Source: Felis catus (lineage: Eukaryota). Taken from it: a stretch of 64,000 nucleotides of DNA. The notes under the pieces were generated by a model. That model made no database searches. It was not told the origin of the DNA and saw only the letters and a list, made by a program, of their open reading frames with translations. The position numbers and the translations under genes are program-made. Location: the NCBI RefSeq assembly GCF_018350175.1, contig NC_058368.1:188854001-188918000 (forward strand), read 5' to 3'. This document shows, piece by piece, positions 25,878 through 38,745 of this stretch; position 1 is the first letter of the stretch, and every line of letters begins with the position of its first letter.

Positions 25878-26140
25878 GCAGAGAATAATGATTAAGAACA
25901 TGGACTCTGGATCTTGACAGACCTGGAATTGAATCCCAGTTCTGCCACTCAATAGTGTGACATATAAGTGACTTGTCTAGACTTTCTGGACCTTGTTTCC
26001 TTGTCTGTAACGGAGCTAGTATGTTCCCCACATGGTAGTTATGAAGATTTGATGGGCAGACGTGGACAAAGTGCTAGTTGAGTACCTGCCCCATAGCAGG
26101 TGCTCAATAGACCTCAGATAATATGGGGATGATAGTTATT
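25878..26140 (+). mobile_element. MIR SINE
   Basis: ttaagaacatggactctgg...gacctggaattgaatcccagttctgccact...catagcaggtgctcaata. Confidence 0.9.
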
Positions 26141-26841
26141 GCATGCCATTTCTGCCCCTCATAACATGTTCATTATTAACTGATCTTCTCCCTATCACAA
26201 AACCAACAGTACCACTATCTAGCCAGCTTGATCAGCCCAAAAGGTGGATGTCATCTCACTTGCCGTATTTTGTTAAGAGGACTTATAATAATTGAAATCG
26301 ATGAGATTGGTTAGTATCGCTATAGCTGTTCTGGTCCATAAACCAGAAGAAGCTTCTGAAAATACTAGAGCAGTAACTTAATCATTCAGAGGAGAAAACT
26401 TCAACAAATGACAGTGTTGTGCCAGAAACTTTCAAAGGTGCAGAGAATTTGTGTACCTGTTGTAAGTCATGTTTGTAAGGCACATGCACAGTTCCTGGTA
26501 CCGATTCAAGGCTACCATTTATGGAGTACTTATCACTCCAATGAGCACACTGCCTTTTCTGTAGAGGGGCTCAGTAGCACTTGCTGGATGTGTTATTAAC
26601 TATCCATGTAGCCTGGATATGTGTTTATTTATAGTGATATGTGTGTGTATATATACATATATGTACATAATGAAGTGAAGGAAGGTGGTCACAAGAGACA
26701 TTCTGTTTTGAAAGTGACATCATTCTTGAAATGCATGTGCATATATACGTATACATGTGTACAAGTATGTACACATCCATACATAAAAACACACCAAAAA
26801 CGAATGTCTCTCTTTCTCCCAATGGCCTCCCTCCACTTTTT

Positions 26842-26851
<10 letters not shown>

Positions 26852-26908
<57 letters not shown>
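26852..26908. repeat. (AT)20 directly fused to T18
   Basis: Direct read. Confidence 0.95.
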
Positions 26909-27068
26909 CTTTTAAGACAAAAAGATTGATAGGATCAACATTAGTGGTTGCAGACATTTTATGGGCTTAGAGATTGTCTTCTCTTCCATAAAGAAATAAT
27001 AAAACAAAGAATGAAGGAGGAAACCACAAAAAGATTGAGGATTAGAAACAGAGTCATTTGGCTCCCTC

Positions 27069-27092
27069 TTTTTTTTTTTTTTTTTTTTTTTT
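27069..27092. repeat. T24 homopolymer
   Basis: Direct read. Confidence 0.95.
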
Positions 27093-28988
27093 GAGGACTG
27101 TGTCTTTACCCACAGAGAAGTAAATTTCTAACACTGACATGCAGATTCATGCATGAACAGCAGGGCTGTGTGACATCTCGGGGTGAACATACACTGCCGG
27201 GTACTCGATGATGTGTAACACGATCGTGCATGAATATCCTTGTGTTATTGAAACCTCCTATTGGAGAAGCTATGTCAAAAGACCACTATCTTTGTAGTCC
27301 AAAATCAATTGCATCTCTATGAATTATTGAGTTGTTTGCCATCACTTTCCTGTCCTTTTTTATTATAAGGGCTCATTGTTGTGATAAGGTTGGATAAGAT
27401 TTTTTTTTTCCTTTAAGAAACTTTGTGTATTTTTATCTTGCGTGTCGTCACAAAATAATTAGGAGTGTCCACCTTCCTCCACACCTCTCTTTCCAGCTTG
27501 GGCATTTAAATGTTCCAGTCCTTGGGCTTAGTTTTTCCTTTGCTGGTTGAACACCAAGCTTCTAGCACATGGCAACCCGGTATATGTGGCAAGCCCTGGG
27601 GACCCAAACTCATTTTAAGGAGAAAACACTCATTTTTCCTGTGACAATGAGCATGACATTCACATGCTTGCATCCAGTGCCATCACGCAGCTTTTATACC
27701 AAAAGAAGAGACGTTACTAAATGAACATTTCTTGCTCTTGTGTAAATAGATAGATTAATGGCATTAAGTGAAAGCCAAGCCTGCCTGAAATGTTAACTTC
27801 CTTATGGGGTTTTGAGTTTCTCTTATTTTTGATAAATGGACCAATCTGGCAATAAAATCCTTGCACAGTAGGTTAATAATGTCATAGCTGAACTGTGAAA
27901 TAGTAATGTGTGTACCATCTCTCAGCAAACAATAATCCTTGAAGCCTGATAAATCTATTTCCAGCCCAATTGCATGTTCATTGTTACCCACGACTCCTTC
28001 TTTGCAAATACAAAGCAATTTTGTCACATGCATTTTTAAGCAGAAGCAACTGGGAAGTCAAAGGCACGTAGGGCTGTGAAGGCAGGGAGGGGAGACAGGT
28101 TCATTGTCAGGTCCTGAAACCCTCAATGTCTACAGACCCTCCTCAGGATCCCTGCATTGCTGGTATGGGGGCGCTCTGTAACCTTCCAGTCTTTTCTGTG
28201 CCCAAAGCACTGGATGTGCTGCTGGAGTCAGAGAAGGATTGGGATTTAGGAAGCAACCTCCTCCCTGCCCCCCCCCCCCCAGGCCCTTCAGTTTTCATTG
28301 ATCACTTAGTAGCAGGCAAGGTTTGGTGCTATTTACCCTAAATCCCTGATGACAGGAGAGGCGATGGGGAGACGTTTCTACACTGACTTCCTGTAGAGCT
28401 GGGAATACAGAATCTGGCAAATGTCTGCAGGCTTCAGACAGCCCGCAGCACACACAGACTGTGTGCAGAACACTTCAGCGGCACAGATTCTAAACAAAAG
28501 ACAGCCAAACGCCCTCCTTGTATTAAAACAAGGAGGGAAATATACCTCTCCCCCCATCTGTGGCCAGTCATGGCAACTGTAGGGTAAAATTTACACTGTG
28601 TTGGTAAAAAAGAGAAGTGAATCCAAAATCACGGCTGATTTTGAAGGAATTATTTAAGCACCAGAATCTAAGTAGCTTGGGGCAGTGCACATAAACTTGA
28701 CAAACAGGCTACTTTAGTCCTGTCTGACTGTATCAGCATAATAGGGCAATGAAGCTTTTATTCATTCAAAGAAAGGTTGAGTTTGATTGGCAGGGCAGCC
28801 TGCCTGAACGCAAGTGGCTCTTTTCCCCAACACTTCACTGCTATCAATTACCGTTTTGAATACGAAGTGTTTCTAATGTAAAATAATGCCAACCTCTGCC
28901 TCTATCCTCAGGCCAGAAAGCTTCTTTGTGTTATTTATTCCCAGTCTGTGACTGTTCTGAACCTTCCTCTCTCTGCCGTTTTTTTCCC

Positions 28989-29045
28989 CTTCTTCTTCTT
29001 CTTCTTCTTCTTCTTCTTCTTCTTCTTCTTCTTCTTCTTCTTCTT
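28989..29045. repeat. (CTT)19 / (GAA)n trinucleotide microsatellite
   Basis: Uninterrupted; produces the poly-E and poly-L ORFs in the track. Confidence 0.97.
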
Positions 29046-29380
29046 TCCTTTCAGTATCTAAGTGATGTAACATTGCCAGCCAAAGTGAGGTTCATGCAGA
29101 AAACATTCCTGTTCTTTATTTTAATCAATAACCTCCTGGGTGAATGACATTTCCACCTTAGTGATTTAAAATCAAAAGACCTGGGGATGTCCATGCTTGT
29201 GAATCACCCCAGGTTCCAGGAACAAAGGAGGCATTTTTGTTTTTTGTAATTTCCCCTTCGTACTACAAACAACCGAGCTCTGAAGTTGATTTCATTTTAG
29301 CAGTCAACTTCTGTCTGGAAAAATGTGCGCGACTGAACTGAATGCCGTTCTTATTTAAATCGGCAAGTGATTTGCTTCAG

Positions 29381-29398
29381 CTGCCATCTGTTGGCCGG
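29381..29398 (-). promoter_or_regulatory. Candidate CTCF binding site
   Basis: Minus strand ccggCCAACAGATGGCAG, 13/14 match to the core CCASYAGRKGGCRS, in unique sequence. Confidence 0.5.
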
Positions 29399-29964
29399 TT
29401 AGCTATTTTAATTTGATGCTGGGGACATTACCTGACTTAGTATATTGCATTTTGATCTGCATCATGTTTGAGGAATGTCTGAAAATGACTCTAAGGGAGA
29501 GGACTTTGAAGGATTCTGTTGAACAAATATGTACATATGTTAATACAGCGCTGGGCATACAAGTGTGGGAACACACATGCGTGTGTATATACAGCATGTC
29601 TTACCTAATAATCTTTATGGCCAGACTGATAATAAATCCTTCAAACTTGTTTTCCTCTGCACTTCCAACTAACCCTCCTCATTTAAAAATCATTAACTTT
29701 GAGCTTTCATAGTATCCTTACCCATTTTTCTACAACTGCAATTTCTCTTGTTTGTAAGCCTGTTGAGCAAGGTTTGGATGGTGGCGGCAGCACAGTGGAG
29801 TACCTGTGTAGGCCTGAAGTCTGCATGTGGACAGCACAGCTCTCTCATTCTTTTCTCAGAGTGCCTGGAGTTTGACAGTGCTTCTTGAAGAGTTATTGAG
29901 AACCTTCTCAAAGAGGCACCAGGGCAGTCTGAAAAGGGTGCAGGGCAAAGGAGTCCATGGGCCT

Positions 29965-30110
29965 GGTGTATTGTGGTGGGCATCCTACGCTAATTAGTTG
30001 TGCGATTTTGGACCCATTATGTAATCCTGCATTTTCAGCAACTTGTATATAAAATGAGGTGATCGTACTGGGAATTCTCTAACTGCCCTCCCTGTCCTAA
30101 TGTTCTAGAA
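29965..30110 (+). mobile_element. MIR3-like fragment
   Basis: aattagttgtgcgattttgg...tataaaatgagg...ctctaactgccctccctgtcctaatgttcta. Confidence 0.55.
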
Positions 30111-30849
30111 CAGTCTGGTTCAGAAGGGAGAGGGAAAAGAGCGTGTGGCCTGGTCTGTTCCCTCCAGTTTTTCACAATCTCACTGAGATTATAGGAATTA
30201 TTTACATTCACATCACATTAGAGACATGAGGTGAATCCAGCGCTAGATAGATCGTCCTCTTCTCTGCTTTTGCTCTCCTCACTAATAAACTCAAACTTCC
30301 GACGTCTGAAGATGATTTTGTTTTTTTCAATCTTGCCCTTCCACATGATATTCTTTTCTGCAAACCTTCTTCCTTTGCAACTCTGGAATATTTGCTCTGG
30401 GCCTTTCTTTTCTCACATTCATTAACATTCAGGTTGAAATAGACAAGAACATTTCCACTTGAACTTTCCTCTCTCTCGGGACAGCTTCTTTGCCAAGCTT
30501 ACCTTGATACGTGCATTCTCTCCCTTGAGCATATGCGCTTGCAAATGCTAGGTCTGAGTGAATTGTATTTGGCCACACTGGAGACACAAAAGGTGCCTCC
30601 AGTTTATGTGTTTACCATTGTGATCATTGATAGCATTGAAGTCCCCAGTTTCATTCTGCAGAGACCAACCATCCTACTCCAGGCATTTATGCACTAAACA
30701 GTAGGCAACAGAAGGGACCTATCTGATAATAATAAGGCAGAGTGAATGGTAGGAATCAGAAAAGAGTGAATAAAGGGAGAAAGGCTGGACAGAAAAAACT
30801 GGGAGTTTTAATTTCAAATTTGGAATGTTGGGAATCTAATTTCTTCCAT

Positions 30850-31095
30850 GTATTGGACTTTAGGAATATGTGAAGAAATTTAGGCTAGCTAATAGTAGAA
30901 ACATGTGATCTCGGGCAAATTACTTGTCTCGGCTTTAGCTTCCTCATTGAAAAATGAAGGAACATAATAGAAGATAGGTATATCAGACAGTCGCTGCCGG
31001 GATGAAATGAGATAATGAGATTAAATGAGATAAATCATCTAGTAGGTCACCTGGCCCAAAGCAAGGATTCAGTAAATATTTTCTGTTGTTGCAAT
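30850..31095 (+). mobile_element. MIR SINE
   Basis: tgtgatctcgggcaaattactt...cttcctcattgaaaaatgaagg...gattaaatgagataa. Confidence 0.8.
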
Positions 31096-33179
31096 TGTTA
31101 CGTGGAAGTCATAACACCCAAAACTGGTGTCTTAATTGATGCTATTCTCCCAAAGAGGTGGAGCCAGCTTTGACTTGGGAGGCTCTGTAGTCAGAAGTCA
31201 CTCTAATGTATCCAATAAACTTTGCTCTTTCTCCTCTCCCTCTCCCCATGCCAATGTCTCATACTTATTTACAGGTTTGTTTGTTTGTTTGTTTTCTCTT
31301 CTGACAGTTATAAACACAGATCTGCCCCATGCCATAGCAGGTCAGTATTGTCACTATTGTTAGTTGTAAAACTGCAGGTGTTTTTGGTGCCAGTGAAAAT
31401 ACTTTTTGGATTCTGCATTTACATACCCAATTTGTTAGTATTTGTGGGTCATTTTGTGCTTGCAAATTTATTTAAACTTCTCCTGGGAACAGCAGCAATC
31501 TCCCTCTGGAAGAGAGAGCTTGACGGAGTTGCACTCGGTTTTGGTTCCATGCGGCAGTCACATGGGGTTATGTTCTTTTCCATTGTGACTCAGGAGTTGG
31601 CATTTGCCTTCTATTTCTTGCTGGTTTCACAGGCATCAGAAGCTATTCTTTCTAGACCAAGATATGGCAAAAGGAAATGACTTCTTCCCTAATTATTCCA
31701 ATGAGGCTTCCTGAGTGTTATTGGAAAGAGAATCCATGGAAAGTGTACCTCGTCACAGAACTTTGTACTATCAGCATGATATTAGGTCTAAAATGGTCTT
31801 CAAAATAGAATACTAACTGAAAAGGGGGTGCATGCACGTGTGTTTATGGTATTTGGCTATTCTCATAACTCAGGGTCACCAAAATGTCTCTTTAAAGGGA
31901 GAATGGCTTAACAGGAATGAAATAATTTAGTCTCTATTTCTTATGAAGCTATAATAATATTTTTGAACAGTCAGCTGAATGCCTCCTAAGTTGCCTGGAT
32001 GACTAAAGGGCTTAAAAAGTTCTTCCATGGAGATAAATAAGCTGTCAATTCATGATGAAGAAAATCAAACTCATGGTGTTGATCTTGGCCAGGGTGCCTG
32101 TACAAGTATGAAAGAAATTTTTGCCGAGATGTAGCACAGCCCATGTGTTAGCAGTTAGCACTCCAGTGCCACACTGTGCCTCTGCTAGCCTTTTCAAAAG
32201 ATAAACATGGTTGTCAAAATAAGGAAAAGAAAAGATTAACCCATTCAGTTGCGTGTAAATAATAAATGACTCTCCAGCTCCCTAGAGTCTACACGAAGAA
32301 AGGAGGCAAGGGTCCGGAGAGTGGTTTTTATTGTTACTTGGGTTTTCTTTTCTGAACACCTTCTCACGCTTGGGTTTGGAACTGCAGGGTAGAAGCTCTG
32401 AAATCTGGGTGCAGTGGGAAAAGGAGGGAGAGGTCCGAGGGAAATGCATGCCAAAAGCCAATTCGTTTCCTCAGGTCCTTACACTCTTACAACCTAACTC
32501 GGTATTTCTCTGACCTTGTGGTCTGAAGTCATGCATATTTTGGAGCGAGCACTTAAAAGGAAATAGCAAACAGGGTAATAATCTCTTATACCAGATTTGC
32601 ACGCTAGTATCAAAAGACCCGTATGTGTTATCCTTCTGATATTTATGTCCAGACCTGGGCATGAGCAGAGAGAGATGGCGGAGGGAATCATACTATTTTT
32701 TTTATTTCCTTTGTATTAATAAACCCAAAAGACGGCTATCAAAACACAAGACCAGCCTGCCCATTGGCTGCTGTGTTAGGTGGTGTCTCGATTTCTTGCC
32801 TTGGGCTGTATAGTCTCCGAGGTGTTTTTAGGCCTCAATCCGGCAGGAGGGGTACACCTAATTGGGCAGTGGCTCAGAACTTTTAAAACTGAATGATAGG
32901 CAGGATGCCAAACATTTTATGAAAATGTATTGGTTTTTTTGACGTTCTTGCGTAAATTGTAGGGGCTTCCGTTTTGTTTTTGTTTTTGTTTTTGTTTTTT
33001 TCTTTTCCCTCAAAAGTCCTACAAAGCAGCAGGCACAGTAAAATGGGAAAACATCAGTGTGTCTCACGTTTAGGAAGTCTCCAGTAAGAATCAATGATTC
33101 CATATCATAAAAGCGTCTAATAGCTGAGGCTTACAGAGAGAATTCTGATATGCCTTCCCAAAGTATGCAACAGACAGGA

Positions 33180-33545
33180 AGGGTCATGGGACTGAGGGTA
33201 GGAGATACTCTTAATCTCTCTAAGCCTCCGTTTCCTGCCTTTCCTCATCTTTAAATGGGGGGCAATAATGGGACCTACCTAGTAGAGGTATTAGAGAGAA
33301 CCAGGGGAGACAAAGTCTGTAAGACAAAGTCTGTAAGCAGACAAAGGTGCCTGCCTTTGTTTCAAGCTCTCTATAAATATTTGAAGTTGTTACTGATTTG
33401 TATCATTTCCAATATTATTATATCTTATATTATTATTGGTCCTATTGTTTCAACTAATTTGTAAACTTTTCTCATTTGCAAAATAAAGGAGTTGGACCAG
33501 ATGACATCTAAGATTCTTTCTTGTATGAAGATCCTAGACTTCTAA
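33180..33545 (+). mobile_element. MIR fragment followed by a MIR3 fragment
   Basis: cttaatctctctaagcctccgtttcc...aaatgggggcaataatgggacctacct; then tttctcatttgcaaaataaaggagttggaccagatgacatctaagattc. Confidence 0.75.
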
Positions 33546-34457
33546 AGATTCTTTTCGTTGTAACCAGGAAGAAAATGCATATAGTCATACCAAAAGCATC
33601 ATAAATCTGGAGGTCTCGTGTGAAGAAACTGGGAAAAGTATGAAAAGTTTTAGGTTGTAATTAAGCAAATGGGTTATGCTAAAATTGGCTGTGCGAAGGC
33701 AGTAGTGTTTTCTCTAACCACATGGATATTACTGAGTATGTGTAAATAAGAGACGGGTGAAAAAGATGAATACTAATCTCTGCAAGATTCAAATGAATAT
33801 TAACTCTTATTCAAATAGTACAAGTACATTGCACAGCGAAATCAAGACATGAATTCATACGATTTCATTTTTTTTTTCAGCTGTGCACATCCTTTGGTTA
33901 CAGAAACAGCCCGGGACTTATAGAACTGCTCATTTCCTAGTAAAGTATGACATCTGAGCTGTTCCTTTAAATATAGTACCTTGTTTGCTCAGGCTTATGG
34001 CTCAGTAATATTTGTTTTGTCTTATAAATGCAGTGAAAGCAGGGATTACAGGTATTCCTCAAGGAATAATTAGAAATAAAAGCTTATTTGTACGAGGGAA
34101 GTTTTCGAGTAGGATGTGTTTTTGCTTGAGTCATAAAGAAGTGATACTGGTTTCAGTTTCAATTTTGATGCGTTGGAACTCTATACTTTCTGTGGAGTCC
34201 ATTTGGAGAGGTTAAAAAAAATTGCTCAGAATTCTCTGCCCAAGTTCAGGTTAAAAATGGCTTGTCTTTCTTCCTCTATTTCAAGCTCTTCTACCCTACC
34301 GGCAAATCCTCTCCCCCATTTCTCTGTGTTTGGATTTTAAGAAATAAATTCAAGAAAGGAAAAATATATAACTATGGGCACTGTTCCTATAAAATAAAGG
34401 TATGCCAGGGATCAAAGAGAAGCCTTGTCTTGGAATACAATTTAGCCAAAACTGCCT

Positions 34458-34458
<1 letters not shown>

Positions 34459-34502
<44 letters not shown>
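34459..34502. repeat. (GT)22 microsatellite
   Basis: Direct read. Confidence 0.97.
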
Positions 34503-34503
<1 letters not shown>

Positions 34504-35242
34504 CATCTCTCCATGATTCATTCTGAGGGCTGTTTTAGCCTTCATAAAATATTCATGCTAGTTGTGCATGGTTCTATAATTGCCATCTCAGGCCTTGAAT
34601 TATTTATAGGTTGTACTGTTCACATAGTCTCATTTACTGATAGAGAAGATAACACCATACGAGAGGATCCCAAACACTCTGAGGCCTGTTACTTTGCATT
34701 AAGTAGTGGAATTATATTACTGAAGGTGTAAAACGCTGGCCTTTTTTCCCTCCTCTCCCTTTAATATATCATTTTTGTATTTATAATATGCTAATTGTCA
34801 GGATGCTGTTAAGCCTCATAATTCCTGCCGAGTTTTGCAGAAATCAAGATGCGGCTGAAATGATTTAGCTCTTGATCCCAGAATGATTGTTCTAAAAAAA
34901 CCTGTCTTTACACACAGCATAATTTATTGAAATGATGTATGACTCTACATGCATACCTGAGCCCTTTTGTTTTGTACTATTGATCAGTTTGTATGTCTCA
35001 GTGTTAACCAACACGTGGTTGGTTTAGGTAGACACTTACCAAGGAGGCTTTCAAGCTTGCTGTCCCTAATTAAATACTGAGTCGCAATTCAGTTATGTGA
35101 CAGTTTCTCTGCACCTATTTATTTTGCCTTCCTAATGCTCTTTTCTCTTTTCTGCCAACTTGATCTTTATTCCACATACATCATACTGTTTTGAGATTCA
35201 TTCAAGGGTGGGAATATACTGTAGTTGTATCTCCTCTTTCCT

Positions 35243-35243
<1 letters not shown>

Positions 35244-35269
<26 letters not shown>
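35244..35269. repeat. (CT)13 microsatellite
   Basis: Direct read. Confidence 0.95.
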
Positions 35270-35275
<6 letters not shown>

Positions 35276-37371
35276 GTATTATCTAGTTTCAAAAGTACAT
35301 GCTAATGTTAATCAATATCAAAGCCAGGTTCGCCATGGAGTGTACTTTTCTGGTTTTCCTCTGCCATTTTCCATGTTTCAAAAGGAAAAACAGATAGAAA
35401 AATTCATGGCAGCTCATAACCTACTGCTGATATATTTTAGTTCTCTCCTGCACCAGTGGAAACTCATGAATTTTCTGCTGGTTTAGGGACTTCCAACTCT
35501 ATACAAATCATTTAACAAACCTTCTTCCATCTCCTCTCCCCAGACTGATCAATCTTTTCCCTTTAGCCTTCTTTCCGTCACACAGGTTGCCTTCCCTTCT
35601 ACGTATGATATGCAGTTTCCTACACCTCTATCAGCCAATTCGCTGCTTCTCAAAATACACCTGCATACTGCTGGTGGCGTGGGGGATGATTTTATGATGG
35701 CAGGCAGGTGATTTTCACGTGGTACCCATATGTGGCTTTGCATAACACTGGATCAGGTAATGAGGAAGTAATTCCATGTAAAATTTCTTTTAGTCCTTCT
35801 GATTAGGCCAAGGTCCCAGTTTGGTGCTAATCTGTCTTTAACACCTCTCTCACACTTGCTTCATCTCCATTTTCAATAAATGCCCTTTGGTAGGAATAAG
35901 TATTTAGCCAAAATTTGGTAAATTTTGTTTTGTTTTGTTTTCCCTTACTTTTATTTGTATTGCTTCCCTCTATCTAAGGTAAGTGACATTGGTTTGCATG
36001 CATAAGAGCAATGGAAAGTGTCATTTAAACAAATTTATTGGGAGTAAAAAGTAGCGAGTCAATATCCATAAATTATTAGATAGATCATATAGGTATCATG
36101 TAAACATGGCAAAAATTATGAATATGCTTTAATGAATGACTAAAGTTCAGAGAGTGCTGGGATAGTGCCAAAGCAGTGAGGAATCATTCCAGAGAGCTCG
36201 GGATTCAACAGAGGCAAAGAGAATGGTAGGGTTTGGTGATGGGCACAAAGAGGGTATAGAAACAAAGATGCTGGAGGGAGTAAAGGCAGTCAGTTTTATG
36301 CGATTCAACTATCTTTGTCTTCAGATGGTATAGGTTCCACTAACTAAATGGGGTTCTGTTCAATTTTCCTTTCTTATTAACTGAAGAGCCACCTGTATTG
36401 ATGAAAAAAAAATTTCTAAAGGTACAGGAGTCCCATCTCCACCATAGTAAGATGGTGCAGGGGCTGAAATTGATTATCATTAAAGAATGAGGGTTTTCAG
36501 GGCTCTGGGAGATTGCTGTAAACTGCAGTGGATCTTGTGGATTAATGTTGATAGTAGTATAGGAAATTAGCGTAACTCTCTGCAGAAAAGCCCTTGGACA
36601 AGCTACATTTCTCAGTAAAGCCAGAATATTAGCTTGTTTTGTTATCTAAAGAGGCTGTGCTATGGGGGACTTCTGACCTATGCCCAGCGACAACTCCTGG
36701 CATGTTCTACTAGCTTAGCACATATCCATTGTATTTGAATTAATGCTAGATAGCAGGGCTCTGATTAACTAATATTTCCTTAAAAATATACACAGAGAAA
36801 AGTGAAGTGTGATTGAAAATGAAATTAGATCACTGTTTCATTTACTCAGTGTATCCTGCAGAGTAAATGCCTATGTCTGTACACTGGGGGGTAGCCCAGG
36901 AATAAATTATATAGTTCTTAGGAGCTTGTGACAACTCACTTGACAAGAGTGAGTTGTGTGCTAAGCAGGTTTTAAAATTAAAATTCAGATGTGAATGTCT
37001 TACATGCTTATTTACCTTCATCCTATCATCCAAATCAGAATGGACTGAAACCTTTCTACTTGGGTAGATAGGGGAATCTTGTCTAAAGACAGAAGGCAGC
37101 TTAAGGCAACCTTGGGGCTGGGAAAACTGTGTCCCTCCTAGCTACTTGTTAGTGTCTGCTTTGGCAACAGAATTGAGTTGTGAAGCAGTTAAAAAATTTT
37201 CTCAGCCAACATGCTGTATTTTGGAAAAGCCACAGCTGCAGTTTTACCAAGTACCTCTGTACCTGCTCTGGTAACTGTCTGTCTTCTTTTAGACTTTCAT
37301 CCCATTGGTTCTGACTATTCCAAACTGGTGCCTTGTGCTTTGTTGAAGTGCAGTTTAAAAGGATGGATTTG

Positions 37372-37540
37372 ATGCATTGTTATGGAAAGAGGTCCTAGGC
37401 CATAAGGCCAAGTCTGGGGAAGGTGGTGGCCCCAACTCTGCTGTTAATGAAATGTGTGTCATTGGGAAGGTCCATCAAGTTATATGAGCTTCTATCTCCC
37501 CATCTGTAGAAAGACATGATTAAATTCCATGTTCTCTATT
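37372..37540 (+). mobile_element. MIR fragment
   Basis: ccccaactctgctgttaa...tgtgtgtcattgggaag...tgagcttctatctcccc. Confidence 0.6.
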
Positions 37541-37989
37541 CTCATGTTTTACAGTTCCTTCATTTCCTGTTCGTACGGCCCCTTATGGGCTTCAGATCCC
37601 TGGCCCCTATATAAAGTCAGAACATCATTTGTTATCACCTAAATAAGACTGCTTGTTGAATGCCTTTTATTTCTGCCTCTGTAGACATGTGATCATATAT
37701 AAGAATGACTTGCTGACTATTTTCTCCCTGTTCTGATGGTATTATTATTGTTGTTGGTGTTGGTGTTGTTATTCTATTCCTAATAGCAACAGTTGTGTTA
37801 ATTCAGTTGTATGGCATTCTCCCAAGAGGGTCAAATGTGTCTAAAACATAATTCAACAAGAAAGGAGTGGAAGGTAATGAAGAATTGTAGAATTTTGTTT
37901 TTCCTAAGCACTTGATATTTGATTCTGATTTCTTAATCTGTTTTCAGCAGCAATCTGCATGTCAGAAGTTGAAATTCTCCAAGCTTCTG

Positions 37990-38745
37990 CTGGTCATAGA
38001 CTCATGACTTGAAGGGAAATTAATGTCCAGCTATATAAGCACCTCACTGCTTTGGTATTTCTGCCAAGCAGTGTCTGGTCTATTCTTGAATTCGTGTGAT
38101 GATGGGGAACCCATCATCTCATAAGGCTATGTTCTCTTACCATTACAGTGTTCTTTCCTTCTGTTGAACAGAAATCTGCTTGATGAAATGTTTAGTCTTT
38201 GGTCCTTGTTCTTTATAATGGACTTCTTAAGACTGAAGCTGCTGCTTAAGCCATAGAGCAAATAGTTTAAATATTGGAAACAACTACCTCATTTCATCAA
38301 GGCTTCTCTCCTTTAGACTACATGTTCCTTCAAATATTCTCCCTATGACATTGTATTGAGTCCTCTGACCTCTTGACCACTCTATGCCAAGTATACACAA
38401 ATGCAAAGAGCAAGGGCATTGGGTCAATCAGACAATAGTTCAGATTTCAGATATGCTCTTACCTTGTTATGTGGCCATGGGCTATGTGGTTAAGCCTCAA
38501 GTTTCTCATCCTTAAAATGGTGATAATAATTGAAAGTATCTAATGTCATCCAGGGTCTATAGTAGGTGCTAAATGAAATTTTATTGCTTCTCATTACTGA
38601 CTTTTCCTCTTGTCTGTCCTAAGTTATGACATCCAGAAATGATGTGGGACTCCAGGAGGGCTGAGTACATTAGAGATTAGGTCAGGATCTTCATATCACC
38701 TCAGTTCTAGTAATATGTTGTATATCTAGTAATATGGCCAAGTGT
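37990..38745 (-). mobile_element. CR1/L3 fragment interrupted by a MIR
   Basis: gtgatgatggggaacccatcatctc...gttgaacagaaatctgc...tggtccttgttct...aaatattggaa; resumes after the MIR with catccagaaatga...actccagg...tatcacctc. Confidence 0.6.
38405..38590 (+). mobile_element. MIR SINE inside CR1/L3
   Basis: taagcctcaagtttctcatccttaaaatggtgataataat...atagtaggtgct. Confidence 0.75.

Noticed and set aside
28873..29147. Poly-E and poly-L ORFs
   Set aside because: Translations of the (CTT)n microsatellite.
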